A stretch of DNA of 34,252 nucleotides from Candidatus Rifleibacteriota bacterium (lineage in GTDB: Bacteria > Muiribacteriota > Ozemobacteria > Ozemobacterales > Ozemobacteraceae): positions 1-34,252 of the forward strand of contig JBNJGH010000026.1 in the NCBI GenBank assembly GCA_051747585.1. Direction: 5' to 3'. Below, one piece after another: positions 8,840 through 18,751 of this stretch (position 1 is its first letter; the number at the start of each line of letters is the position of its first letter). The notes below the pieces were generated by a model. That model did no database searches, was not told where the DNA came from, and saw nothing but the letters and a program-made list of their open reading frames with translations. Both the position numbers and the translations under genes were made by a program.

Positions 8840-9346
8840 GTGAGAAACAAAGAAATAACATTGCCAATTGCCCGTCAGGGAATGTCACTGATTGAAGTCA
8901 TGTTGGCAGTGATAATTTTTGCGATGGGTTTTTTGCCGTTAATGAAAATGTTTTCTGAAGGAGGCATTTCTCAGCAGAAAATAGTTAGAGATTTTCCGGT
9001 TACCCTTAGTATTGCAGAAAGAATTTTGATGACCATTGAGAATGAGATCGAAGAGGGCCGTTTTGATCCGGCAATGTTTAATAGTGGCGGCCCCGATGGG
9101 GTTGACATTACAGAAGCGGTAGTTGAAAATCAGGATATTAACAGGGCATTAGAGAACTTCTACGGTAGCGACAATCAGAGTGCCACAAGATTTCTGCAAA
9201 AGTGTCGAGTAATGCTTGCCACATTGCCTGATTCAGATCCTCGCCTTATAAAGATAATGGTTCGCTTTCTCTGGAATGATCGAGTTACCGATAGTCAGAG
9301 TTTTTCCCATAGTATTTCTCTTTACCTCTTGAAAAGGAGGGAATAG
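8840..9346 (+). CDS. PilV/GspI-like prepilin (module B)
   Basis: RQG|MSLIEVMLAVIIFAMGFLPL with Glu+5. GAGG RBS before GTG 8840 (track start is 8837). Paralog of 15939..16448. Confidence 0.85.
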   Translation: MRNKEITLPIARQGMSLIEVMLAVIIFAMGFLPLMKMFSEGGISQQKIVRDFPVTLSIAERILMTIENEIEEGRFDPAMFNSGGPDGVDITEAVVENQDINRALENFYGSDNQSATRFLQKCRVMLATLPDSDPRLIKIMVRFLWNDRVTDSQSFSHSISLYLLKRRE

Positions 9347-9351
9347 GGATT

Positions 9352-9861
9352 TTGATCAAACTCGGCCATAAACGAGGTTTTTCAATTATTGAAATATGTA
9401 TTTATGCTGTTATTTTTGCCATGTTCATGGGTACGGCCAGCGCCGTTTTTTTCTGGGCCCAAAAATCTATTGGTGCAACCCAAAAAATGGATGATCTCCA
9501 GGATCTAAGAATGGCGGCGTTGCAAATAAATGAAGAACTGTCATATGGAAATCGGTTTCTGTTTCCTCCTGTTTCAAACAAAACTTATCACCAGATTGTT
9601 TTTAAAAACGAGAGAAATGAGTTGATGTGTTTCTTTCTTGATAAAGATTCAAGATTGTGTTTGTTGAATTATGAAAAAAATAAGATGGGTAATCAGGGAG
9701 GTTTTAGAGTAATTGCCAGGAACGCTCTTGAATTTAAAGTAGAGCGCCCCGATTCCCATTTACTAAAATATAGTGTAAAAATTTTTGATGAAAAAAGCGA
9801 TGGTCACCTGATAGCTAATGCAGTCAAAATTAGAAACACTGAAACAAACGAGCCATGGTGA
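9352..9861 (+). CDS. PilW/GspJ-like prepilin (module B)
   Basis: KRG|FSIIEICIYAVIF with Glu+5. Paralog of 16461..16967; both end in TETNEPW. Confidence 0.8.
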   Translation: MIKLGHKRGFSIIEICIYAVIFAMFMGTASAVFFWAQKSIGATQKMDDLQDLRMAALQINEELSYGNRFLFPPVSNKTYHQIVFKNERNELMCFFLDKDSRLCLLNYEKNKMGNQGGFRVIARNALEFKVERPDSHLLKYSVKIFDEKSDGHLIANAVKIRNTETNEPW

Positions 9862-9883
9862 TCACAACGCAAGGAGGAGTCTG

Positions 9884-11641
9884 ATGAAAAAGAGGGGTAT
9901 AGCAATTCCTACAGCCCTTATTTTGATTTCTGTTTTTTTTATTTTTCTGGTTTCTATGATGAATTACTCAAGTCACGAAATGCATAGCATAAAGAGGGGC
10001 TATGAAAAGAAAAGAGCCGAATATCTTGCCTACTCCGGGCTGAATTGGGCTGAAGCCAAGCTGATGACAAAGCGCTGGTGGGTTGATGATGGCTTTGATC
10101 CGGTTAACAAAGTCGCTCGACCAACCGGTGGTGCGCTGGTACAAGAGTTTTTTGGTCCGGGAAACGGCAAGACCTATATAATTGCCGAAGAATTTGAAGC
10201 AGCAAATCCATCGCCGGTGAAAGGGTATGACTCTATTCAGAGACTTGATCACATAAGAGTTTTTTCGATTGGTGAATACAATAAGCAAAGAGTGCTTGTT
10301 TATGGCAAATTTATAATGAGCCCGGAACCGTTTTTAAACTCTGACAGTACCGAGGGAGCTGACACACAGGCCAGCGCTTCGACCGAAGAGGGCAAGGCAG
10401 CAATTGAAGTTCCCAAGCCGTGGTCCCAGGATGGGCCGGTGCCAACAACCATGATTGTAAAAGAAGTAAATGTTTCAGTTGGCGACAAAGTCAACCCTAA
10501 TGTCATTCTCGCGACCCTGGGGGCTCATCCTGATGACCCAATTCAGATAACCATGACCTGGGATATCAAAGCTCCTGCTTATGGCACTCTTACCAAGATA
10601 AACTATAGTCCTGGCCAGAAAATTTTCGCTAAAGACGTCTTTGGTGAATGTACGGATGAGTTAATGACTACAACAAGGTCAAACAAGACTCTAAAAAAGA
10701 TGGTGCGCATTACCAAAATCGTTAACAAGGAAATTACCGAACTGGATCTGACTGATTTTGATGTCAGGCGGCAAAAGCTTGATAAATTTATTGCCCGGCT
10801 CTCTGAAGAATATGTAAAAAACTATGCAAAAAATGTTCCTTATGTTGAAAATCTGGAGAATTCTTTCGAAAGTCAGCCTATGGACTCAAAAATAAGCAAA
10901 GAAGAGGTGTTGCAAAGATTCTCTTCCGTACCCGGCTCAGAAAATATTTCGCTCGAAACTGCCGGAAATAATTTTATTGACAATATGGTTGAGAAGTGGG
11001 TTATGCCTGGATTATCCGCCCCACAACGGCAAAAGTTTCCTGAAATGAGCGAATATCATCTCGGGATTGGAAAATCCAAGCCAAGACCAGAAATATTAGA
11101 GGTTTTAGCTCATTTCGGACGCCTGGATGAAATTGAAACCAGGCCGCAACGCTTCCCTGAACTATATAAGCTGACATCTACCCAAAAATATAAAGACCTG
11201 ATGAACTTTTCAGATATCTCAAAGTCAACATCTGAGTTTGTTCACGATGCCACTTTTTTGCAAGATGGAGCCAAAAAGATTTCTATCGTCTTTGATAAGG
11301 GAACCCCCTGGGAAGATGGACCTTTTAAGCAGATGGTAGCCAGCGGTACATTGAACGCTTCAGACTACTGGTTCTGGAACTCAAAAAATGGCTGGTATAC
11401 CAAGCCGGATATAACAATCACTCCAGTAGAAATTCCTTACAATTTTGTCAACAAAAGCCCAGATAATCCCTTTATAATGGAAGTCGGCTATGTGCTCAAC
11501 TATTTACGCAAACATTACGATGAAGGAATGGCCGTTCCGCCTGGTGGTACAATTAGAATGCCGAGTGACCAGCAGGATGAACCCCAGGCACCGGGGCCTC
11601 CAGACTCGACCGGTGCAAAATATAGCGGGATATCTTCCTAG
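9884..11641 (+). CDS. PilX/GspK-like pseudopilin with an inserted biotinyl/lipoyl-like domain (module B)
   Basis: RBS AAGGAGG, ATG at 9884. KKRG|IAIPTALILI lacks Glu+5. PilX-like AEYLAYSG. Contains VSVGDKV...IKAPAYGTLTKI...PGQKI. Confidence 0.75.
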   Translation: MKKRGIAIPTALILISVFFIFLVSMMNYSSHEMHSIKRGYEKKRAEYLAYSGLNWAEAKLMTKRWWVDDGFDPVNKVARPTGGALVQEFFGPGNGKTYIIAEEFEAANPSPVKGYDSIQRLDHIRVFSIGEYNKQRVLVYGKFIMSPEPFLNSDSTEGADTQASASTEEGKAAIEVPKPWSQDGPVPTTMIVKEVNVSVGDKVNPNVILATLGAHPDDPIQITMTWDIKAPAYGTLTKINYSPGQKIFAKDVFGECTDELMTTTRSNKTLKKMVRITKIVNKEITELDLTDFDVRRQKLDKFIARLSEEYVKNYAKNVPYVENLENSFESQPMDSKISKEEVLQRFSSVPGSENISLETAGNNFIDNMVEKWVMPGLSAPQRQKFPEMSEYHLGIGKSKPRPEILEVLAHFGRLDEIETRPQRFPELYKLTSTQKYKDLMNFSDISKSTSEFVHDATFLQDGAKKISIVFDKGTPWEDGPFKQMVASGTLNASDYWFWNSKNGWYTKPDITITPVEIPYNFVNKSPDNPFIMEVGYVLNYLRKHYDEGMAVPPGGTIRMPSDQQDEPQAPGPPDSTGAKYSGISS

Positions 11642-11659
11642 TAAATTATCTTAACAGGT

Positions 11660-12520
11660 TTAATCAGGAAGTATCGGGTCAGAAGTGGTTTCAGGTTCTT
11701 GAATATCTGGTTGCTCAGATCTGTTTTTTTCTGCTTTGTCATTCATATTTGTTCCTGAAGAGAATCGAATCGTTTCCCCAGAAGACAAATAACCTCTTTT
11801 ATTTGTTTCTAGGCCGCGCCATTGAATCTTGCCGCGTTCAACGGTTATTGATTCATTATTTTGGGTTATTTCAATTATGATAATGGTTCCGACAATTTTT
11901 ATTATAGACTCCCGGAGCACAATTTCATAGCCTTCAGCAGAGCTGGTAAATTCCATTCGGGCCTTTCCTGATGACATGGTAAGCTGGTTGTGCCCAACAA
12001 TAAACTGGGCAGAACCCGTAATATTAATCTGATCTTTTGCTCCCCATGCAACTGTGGTCAAGCCAGAGGTCTTGATTCGGTCACCTGAAAACAGTGGCAG
12101 GTTGTCGGGCAAAAAATGAATTCTCTTCCCTTCACGATAGACTGAGCATTGCCCCGAAATAAAATTAGTTCCTCGATTTTCATCAGGCTTTATGGCACTA
12201 AAGGCAATCAGCAATGCAATTATAAAAACAAAAGCAATTCCAAGCTGTGGCATAAAGGAAATTAATGTTGCGAAAAATGGTTTTGTGTCATCAGTTTTCT
12301 GGCCAATTTGTGTTTTTAATTTTGCGAAAATTCTTTGTTTTGTTTCTTTAGAAAGCCGGACTGCATCTGGTAACATTTTGAACACTGAATTGTGCGCTTC
12401 CAGAGCTTTCTGGCAACGGCGACAGGAATTCAAGTGAAGCGAAATTGCTTCAGGAAGCTCATCCATAGAGCAGAACGAATCTTTCTGGCTTAACCAGTTC
12501 AGGAATTTTTCACAGGTCAT
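11660..12520 (-). CDS. Anti-sigma factor: zf-HC2 zinc finger + TM + FecR-like domain
   Basis: MTC...HLNSCRRC (Hx3Cx2C). TM LGIAFVFIIALLIAF. FecR-like GDRIKT...IVGT...ITVERGKI. Overlaps the sigma gene stop by 4 nt. Confidence 0.85.
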   Translation of the reverse strand: MTCEKFLNWLSQKDSFCSMDELPEAISLHLNSCRRCQKALEAHNSVFKMLPDAVRLSKETKQRIFAKLKTQIGQKTDDTKPFFATLISFMPQLGIAFVFIIALLIAFSAIKPDENRGTNFISGQCSVYREGKRIHFLPDNLPLFSGDRIKTSGLTTVAWGAKDQINITGSAQFIVGHNQLTMSSGKARMEFTSSAEGYEIVLRESIIKIVGTIIIIEITQNNESITVERGKIQWRGLETNKRGYLSSGETIRFSSGTNMNDKAEKNRSEQPDIQEPETTSDPILPD

Positions 12521-13041
12521 TTTTCTAATCCTTTCCTAAGGATTTTCAGACTCTTGCAAACAAGGTTTCTCAGGGTGCCTTCCGCCTTATCAACTATCTG
12601 AGCTATTTCTTTGTATTTAAGTCCTTCAACAACTTTAAGCATCAAGGGAATTCGCATTTCTTCGGGTAAACGGGAGACTTCTTCAAGAAAAGCTGATGGA
12701 GTTTCAACAACTTTTTTATCAGGGGGCTCGTATGGCTGATTAACGCAAATCGGGCGACATTTTCTTTTGCGGATCTCGTCAAAGCAATGGTTTCTGGTGA
12801 TGGTCAGCAACCAGGGCTTTACTCGGCCATCCTTAAGGACAGGTAATGATCTGTAGGCTTTATAAAAGACCTCCTGAGTTGCATCTTCGGCGCTGGCGGC
12901 ATCACCAAGAATAATGACTGCTCGAGAGAACACCAGGCCGGCAAAGTCATCAAACATCTTTTTAAATGCAGATTGCTCTCGTCTCCTGAGTTTAGTGACA
13001 AACTCTGCATCGTATACTTTGTCTACAGAAGAATGATTCAT
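12517..13041 (-). CDS. ECF (sigma70 group 4) RNA polymerase sigma factor
   Basis: Region 2: AEDATQEVF, WLLTITRNHCFD. Region 4: LPEEMR...EGLKYKEIAQIVDKAEGTLR. Confidence 0.93.
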   Translation of the reverse strand: MNHSSVDKVYDAEFVTKLRRREQSAFKKMFDDFAGLVFSRAVIILGDAASAEDATQEVFYKAYRSLPVLKDGRVKPWLLTITRNHCFDEIRKRKCRPICVNQPYEPPDKKVVETPSAFLEEVSRLPEEMRIPLMLKVVEGLKYKEIAQIVDKAEGTLRNLVCKSLKILRKGLEK

Positions 13042-13158
13042 GGCAATGAAAAATCTACTTTCGAATTATAAAACGTTGAACTATGACATTTTGTAATTTT
13101 TATTTCAAAAATAATAGAACTTGCTTGAAATTAATTGCAAAGGCTATAAAAAAGCAGG

Positions 13159-15051
13159 TCAACCAGGATGCCGTTTAATTACAACAAAGGTTACGTCATC
13201 GCCAAAACTGCGCCCGGCCCGGTGTTTGTTTACCTCAGCCAGAAGCTCGTCTAACTTTGTTTTATCAGTGAAAGTGGGCATAGTTCTTTGTAAAAAGGAA
13301 TACCAGGCTGGAAAAGTATATAGTTCATCCTTCCAGTTTAATGCCTCTACTATACCATCTGTAGCCAAGACGATTGAATCTCCTGGCAGCAAATCGTAGC
13401 TGATTGCTTTAATCGGTAGCTTTTTTACAATTCCCATGGGGAAGCCGTTCTTTTTTAGTTCTTGCAGTTCTCCAGTCTTGTTGATAACCACAGGAGGAAG
13501 GGAGCCGGCCAGAACCAACTCAAGTCTGTGTGTCTGAACATTTATGTGGCCAACTGCCAAAGTCATAAACTTTTTTTTCTTTACTAATTCAAATATTATC
13601 TGATTGAGTGTTGAAACAATGTTTTCAGGAAGTGCCATATTTTTGTGTCTGAGGAGTTGAATCGTAGTTTTGGCCATAATGGTCAATATCGCCGCTGAAA
13701 AACCGTGTCCGGAAACATCACCTACTATAAAAACCAGATTTCTATCTTCAAGTTCAAAGTAGTCAAAAAAATCGCCGCCAGTAGCGTCGCAAGGGATGCA
13801 TGTCCCTCTTATGCTGTAATTGTCATTGACGATTGAGCGCCCGGGAAAAAGTTCAGCCTGAATTTCGCCGGCCAGATTTGCTTCGGCCTGTGAAATTTGC
13901 TGTTCAATCAATTCAACAAATCTTTTCATAAAGTTGCAGGACAAACCCAAAAAAGCCCAGGAAAGAAAAAAGCAGCTCAAGGGCGGAAAAATAAAGAAAA
14001 AAGCAAATAAATGATAGGAAGCGAGCAGCGAAAGAATATAGACTGTAATAACAGCTGCTTCATGTCTAAGGCGTTTTCTTAACGCCATTAAAATACTTAC
14101 AAAAAATCCTGCGACAATCAGTATAAACCTGAGGAAAAGACCGTTGTAAGGCGCCGAAACTCTTCCTGAAATAATTGTATCCAGTGAATAGGCCAGGATT
14201 TCTGGTCCTGACATCAGCCCCAGGCATGTCTCATGATAGTCGTGCAATACCTGAGCAGTTGCACCAACAATAACGATTTTATTTTTCAAAATGTTACCGG
14301 AAACTTTTCCCTGAATAAGATCCAGCCCTCTGTATAGGGGAATGCCCCCATTCTTTCTGGCAAAAATAATGTGACTTTTTTCTGGCAAAGCTTTCAGATA
14401 CATAAGATCCCGGTCTGTTGTTCTGGTTCTTTCAGCAACCTTAAGCAGGCACCCGTCTTCGTCTAACTTTTCATTTTTGATTGAAAAAGTGCGAATTTTA
14501 GAGTCACTATCAATAAAAGAATGAACAAAGCCATCACAGTAAGCTGCATCCCTGAATTTTTTCAGGCTGCGAAACTGGCGTTGCTGTCTACCAAAGTCTG
14601 TCAACTCTTCTTCAACAAAACCTATTAGAGCCACGTTTCCGATCTCCTGCAAGGTCTTAGTGAAAATCTGGTCGCCAACGCCATCGTCAGAGCTTTCAGG
14701 CTGCTGGAAAACAATATCCAGAACAATAACCCCGGGTCCAAATGAATTAATCACTTTTAAAAAATGGGCGAATTGACTTCTGGACCATGGCCACCTTTCT
14801 TTTACTGCTTCTAAAGTTTCTGTGTCGATCGCAACAATGGCCAATTCTGGAGAGGGCTCAAGTAAGGAGGAAATGTTTTTTTGCGCAAGATCCCAGAACA
14901 ATCTGTCAAACTTATTTGTTTGCTCCGGCAACAACAGCAATGCCAAAAAAAACAAAAAAAACAGACCTGACAATAAAATTCTTTTGCCCAGCGAAAGAGG
15001 TAAAAGAAATTTGTATATTAATGTGAAAATTTCTTTCAACTTGCTAATCAT
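13159..15051 (-). CDS. CHASE2 sensor + TM helices + SpoIIE/RsbU-type PP2C phosphatase
   Basis: CHASE2 motifs IVAID, WPWSR, LDIVF, IVIVGATA, GPEILA. PP2C motifs GGDFFD, GDVSGHG, TDG, DDVT. Confidence 0.9.
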   Translation of the reverse strand: MISKLKEIFTLIYKFLLPLSLGKRILLSGLFFLFFLALLLLPEQTNKFDRLFWDLAQKNISSLLEPSPELAIVAIDTETLEAVKERWPWSRSQFAHFLKVINSFGPGVIVLDIVFQQPESSDDGVGDQIFTKTLQEIGNVALIGFVEEELTDFGRQQRQFRSLKKFRDAAYCDGFVHSFIDSDSKIRTFSIKNEKLDEDGCLLKVAERTRTTDRDLMYLKALPEKSHIIFARKNGGIPLYRGLDLIQGKVSGNILKNKIVIVGATAQVLHDYHETCLGLMSGPEILAYSLDTIISGRVSAPYNGLFLRFILIVAGFFVSILMALRKRLRHEAAVITVYILSLLASYHLFAFFFIFPPLSCFFLSWAFLGLSCNFMKRFVELIEQQISQAEANLAGEIQAELFPGRSIVNDNYSIRGTCIPCDATGGDFFDYFELEDRNLVFIVGDVSGHGFSAAILTIMAKTTIQLLRHKNMALPENIVSTLNQIIFELVKKKKFMTLAVGHINVQTHRLELVLAGSLPPVVINKTGELQELKKNGFPMGIVKKLPIKAISYDLLPGDSIVLATDGIVEALNWKDELYTFPAWYSFLQRTMPTFTDKTKLDELLAEVNKHRAGRSFGDDVTFVVIKRHPG

Positions 15052-15187
15052 TTACTCCACAATTTACTATACTTATTAGTATGATACATCTAGAATGGAA
15101 TTTTTTGCTAATTTCTAAATCACTCATGACATTTTGAGCGATTTTTACGTTAGCATTTTTAGCTTGCAATAAGTAGAGGACAATTGA

Positions 15188-15826
15188 ATGCGCATTAAAA
15201 ACTTGAAAATCTTTATTAATTTCCTAATCATATTTGTCATTGCTATAATTGTGAGTGGGTGTGGTAACGCTTCAAAAGAGATTGCTGCTAAAATTATTAA
15301 GATTAATGGTTCTGTTGAGATAAAGCATGCTTCGCAGAATACTTTTGTTGAAGCCCGTGAAGGTAAAATTCTTACCGGGGGAAGCATTCTGAAAACAGGC
15401 GATGAATCCTTTGCCACCCTTGGAATTGTCGACAAGGGATTGGTTGAGATAAAAGAAAATGCTTCATTTGAACTGGTGGCAGGAAAAGACTACGTCGTCC
15501 AGAAAGCTGGAACCGGTATCTATAAGATCGACAAAAATAAAGAGGGTTTTAAAGTAAAGTCGCCGCAGGGTGTAACCTGTGTTCTAGGTACCGTTTATAT
15601 GTTAAAGGTTCTTGAGGGAGCCACAGTTCTGGGTGTTGAAGAGGGAAAAGTTTCGTTTGCAACAAATGACGGCGAAGAGCGCATTTTAAAGGCAAAAGAA
15701 AAAGCTGTAATTGACTCAAGCGGCTTTGTCGGTGAACCAACCGTATTTGATTTAAGCTCAGATTCATTTAACTACTTAAAAATAAACGGCAAGTGGGTTC
15801 CAAAAGAAGTAATTGACGGTAGGTAA
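15188..15826 (+). CDS. FecR-domain lipoprotein
   Basis: Lipobox IVSG|C. FecR-like LKTGDES, FKVKSPQGVTCVLGT, VEEGKV. Divergent from the CHASE2 gene. Confidence 0.8.
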   Translation: MRIKNLKIFINFLIIFVIAIIVSGCGNASKEIAAKIIKINGSVEIKHASQNTFVEAREGKILTGGSILKTGDESFATLGIVDKGLVEIKENASFELVAGKDYVVQKAGTGIYKIDKNKEGFKVKSPQGVTCVLGTVYMLKVLEGATVLGVEEGKVSFATNDGEERILKAKEKAVIDSSGFVGEPTVFDLSSDSFNYLKINGKWVPKEVIDGR

Positions 15827-15938
15827 GATTCCTGTAAAATAGTCAGGCTGCTATATAAGGCTTGTGAAGGGATTTTGTCTTTCCGTTTCAAATTTGTTTA
15901 TTTATTGGTTCCGCCCCGGAGAAAGAGGTATATTGTCA

Positions 15939-16448
15939 GTGACAAAAATATGTCGGCAAAAGCATTCGTGTTCTGTTCTTGGTGTGTCTTTGCTCGAAGT
16001 TTTGCTTGCGGTTGTAATATTTGTAATGGGCTTCGTTCCACTATTGCGGCTTTTTTCTGAAAGCGGACTTTCTCAACAGAGGATGGTTAGAGATTTTCCG
16101 GTTACTGTTTCAATTATTGAAAGGTTAATGATTACCATTGAAAATGAGATCCAGGAGGGAAGATTTGACCCTGCTGCCTTTGCTGTAGCAGACCCTGATG
16201 GAGTCGATGTTACCGAGTCTGTCCTTGAGAGCCGCGCTGTAAACTCGGCTCTTGAAAAATTTTATGGTGAAGATAGCAAAAAAGCTGCGCGTTTTGTGAA
16301 CAAATGCAGGATTTTTCTTAAAACAGAACCTTATTCTGAACCGGGTTTGATAGCCGTAAAAGTCATGTTTCTCTGGAAAGACAGTCCCTCTTCCGACAAG
16401 GACTATAAACACAAAGTTGAACTTTTTCGCCTCATTCGTAGAACATAG
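15939..16448 (+). CDS. PilV/GspI-like prepilin (module C)
   Basis: G|VSLLEVLLAVVIFVMGFVPL with Glu+5. Shares RDFPVT and IENEI.EGRFDPA with 8840..9346. Start uncertain (15933 or 15939 after GAGG; track gives 15864). Confidence 0.8.
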   Translation: MTKICRQKHSCSVLGVSLLEVLLAVVIFVMGFVPLLRLFSESGLSQQRMVRDFPVTVSIIERLMITIENEIQEGRFDPAAFAVADPDGVDVTESVLESRAVNSALEKFYGEDSKKAARFVNKCRIFLKTEPYSEPGLIAVKVMFLWKDSPSSDKDYKHKVELFRLIRRT

Positions 16449-16460
16449 GGGTTGGCAAGT

Positions 16461-16967
16461 ATGAACCGAATTTATAAAAAAGGCTTAACGATAGTTGAAT
16501 TGTGTGTCTATGTGATTGTTTTTGCTCTTTTTCTGGGAATGGCTAGCGGAGTATTTTTCTGGGCCCGAAAGTCCGTTGACGTATCAGAGAAAATAGACGA
16601 GCTTCAGGACTTGCGTATGGCGGCAATTCAGATTAATAACGAACTTTCTTACGGCAATCGTATTCTATTTCCTCCCTTAGACAACAAAACTTATCATCAG
16701 ATACTTTTAAAAAATAACAAAAATGAATTGATTGTATTTTTCCGAGACAAAGACTTCCGCTTGTTGCGTTTGAATTATGAAAAGTATAAGCGCGGGGAGC
16801 CCCGCGGTCTGTGGGTAATCTCCCGTAATGCAATAGATTTTGAGGTCGAGAGAACCGACAATGATTTGTTAAAATACAGCGTTCGTATTACTGACGAAAA
16901 TAAGATTGAAAACGTTATTGCCAATGCAGGAAAAATGATTAACACAGAGACCAATGAACCCTGGTAA
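16461..16967 (+). CDS. PilW/GspJ-like prepilin (module C)
   Basis: KKG|LTIVELCVYVIVF with Glu+5. Shares LQDLRMAA.QIN.ELSYGNR with 9352..9861. Confidence 0.8.
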   Translation: MNRIYKKGLTIVELCVYVIVFALFLGMASGVFFWARKSVDVSEKIDELQDLRMAAIQINNELSYGNRILFPPLDNKTYHQILLKNNKNELIVFFRDKDFRLLRLNYEKYKRGEPRGLWVISRNAIDFEVERTDNDLLKYSVRITDENKIENVIANAGKMINTETNEPW

Positions 16968-16986
16968 AACAAATAGGAGAAATGTT

Positions 16987-18744
16987 ATGGGTAAAAGAGG
17001 AATAGCAGTTCCAACGGCTTTGATCTTAATTTCGATCCTTCTGGTTTTTTTCCTTTATATGCAGAAGCATACAAGCCAGGAAATGGTTTATGTCAAAGAT
17101 TTCTATGAAGCAAAACGAGCCGAAAACCTTGCCTACTCAGGATTGAACTGGGCTGAGGCCCAACTGATTAAAAAACGTTGGTGGGTTGATGAAGGTTTTG
17201 ATTCCGAAAATAAAGTCAGTAGAGCGACTGCTGATGTAATAACCCATGAGTTCTTCGGGCCACAAAACGGCAAAGCAACGGTGATTGCAGAAGAGTTTGC
17301 ATCGGCAAATCCTTCGCCAGTAAAGGGGTATGATAAGATACAACGACTGGATCACATAAGGGTTTATTCTGTGGGTGAATATGAAGGGAAAAGAGTGCTG
17401 GTTCTGGGAAAATTTATTATTAGTCCGGAGCCATTTTTGAATTCTGACAGCACTGAATCGGCCGAATCAGAGACTGCGCCGGTAACTGTTGATGGAACGG
17501 TTACGATTAATGTTCCGCAGCCCTGGTCACAGGATGGTCCCGTACCCGAATTAATGATTGTTAAGAAGGTCAATGCCTCTGTTGGGCAGAAAGTTGATCC
17601 CAACAGCATATTGGCAACTCTTGGTGCGCACCCGGATGATCCTGTGCAGATTACCATGACCTGGGATATCAAAGCTCCGGCTATCGGAACTTTGACCAAG
17701 GTCAATTTTCAGCCTGGAATGCCAATAAGAGCGGGCGACATATTTGGTGAATGTACCGATGAACTTATGATGACCCAACGAACAAATAAAACACTTAAAA
17801 AGATGGTGAGAGTTACCAAAGTTACTGACCGGGGAATAACAGATCAGGATTTAACCGACTTTGCCATAAGACGCAAACTTCTTGACCCTCTGTTTGAAAA
17901 TCTTTCAGACGCCTACGTTTTAAACTATTCCAAAAATCAACCCTATATAAATAGCTTGGAGAATTCATTTAATTCACCAGTTCTGGGCAAGGTAGCCGAT
18001 ACAAAAGAGGTTCTGGACAGGCTTGATATAGTACCTGGAACCACGGATTTATCTGTTCAGGAGGCAGGCAATAATTTTCTTGATGAAATGATTGAAAAAT
18101 GGGTTATGCCTGGTCTGGTGGCCGGCAAAAGACCTGATTTTCCTGAAAATAGCGAATACCATCTGGGAATTGGTAAAAGTACACCCAGAAAAGAGATAAT
18201 GGAAGTTCTTGAGCATTTCGATAAGCTGGATGAAATCGTTACTCGACCACAACGAAATCCTGAGCTTTATGAAATCAATTCTACAGAAGCATTTAAAGAG
18301 TTGATGAATTTCAATAATCGCAGTAAAAATACTGATGATTATGTCCATGATGTCAGTTTCCTCCGCGATGCTGCCAAAAAAATAAGCATAGTTCTGGATA
18401 AAGGGACCCCATGGGAAGACGCACCTTTTAAAGAAATGGTAAAAAATGGTGAAGTTAACCCTGATGATTATTGGTGGTGGCCTTCAAAACAAGGTTGGTA
18501 TCGCGAACCAGACATAACAATCACAGAAGTAGAAATTCCATACAACTTTGTCAATGATACGCCGGAAAATCCTTTTGTAATGGAACTTGGTTTTGTTTTA
18601 AACTATTTAAGAAAGCATTACGACGAAGGTATGGCGGTTCCACCCGGAGGAACTATCCGGTTGCCAAGCGATCAGCAGGATGAACCTCAGGCACCCGGCC
18701 CGCCAGACTCGACCGGAGCAAAATATAGCGGACTGTCTTCATAG
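16987..18744 (+). CDS. PilX/GspK-like pseudopilin with a biotinyl/lipoyl-like domain (module C)
   Basis: RBS AGGAG, ATG at 16987. KRG|IAVPTALILI. Colinear paralog of 9884..11641. Confidence 0.75.
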   Translation: MGKRGIAVPTALILISILLVFFLYMQKHTSQEMVYVKDFYEAKRAENLAYSGLNWAEAQLIKKRWWVDEGFDSENKVSRATADVITHEFFGPQNGKATVIAEEFASANPSPVKGYDKIQRLDHIRVYSVGEYEGKRVLVLGKFIISPEPFLNSDSTESAESETAPVTVDGTVTINVPQPWSQDGPVPELMIVKKVNASVGQKVDPNSILATLGAHPDDPVQITMTWDIKAPAIGTLTKVNFQPGMPIRAGDIFGECTDELMMTQRTNKTLKKMVRVTKVTDRGITDQDLTDFAIRRKLLDPLFENLSDAYVLNYSKNQPYINSLENSFNSPVLGKVADTKEVLDRLDIVPGTTDLSVQEAGNNFLDEMIEKWVMPGLVAGKRPDFPENSEYHLGIGKSTPRKEIMEVLEHFDKLDEIVTRPQRNPELYEINSTEAFKELMNFNNRSKNTDDYVHDVSFLRDAAKKISIVLDKGTPWEDAPFKEMVKNGEVNPDDYWWWPSKQGWYREPDITITEVEIPYNFVNDTPENPFVMELGFVLNYLRKHYDEGMAVPPGGTIRLPSDQQDEPQAPGPPDSTGAKYSGLSS

Positions 18745-18751
18745 TGTATAA

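Noticed and set aside
10397..10651. Biotin carboxyl carrier / lipoyl metabolic protein
   Set aside because: It has no acceptor Lys, sits behind a prepilin-type export signal, and has no carboxylase or dehydrogenase neighbours.
8840..18744. DGR template/variable repeat pair, or an assembly duplication
   Set aside because: Differences are mostly synonymous and not adenine-specific, no reverse transcriptase is present, and divergence is too great for a misassembly.
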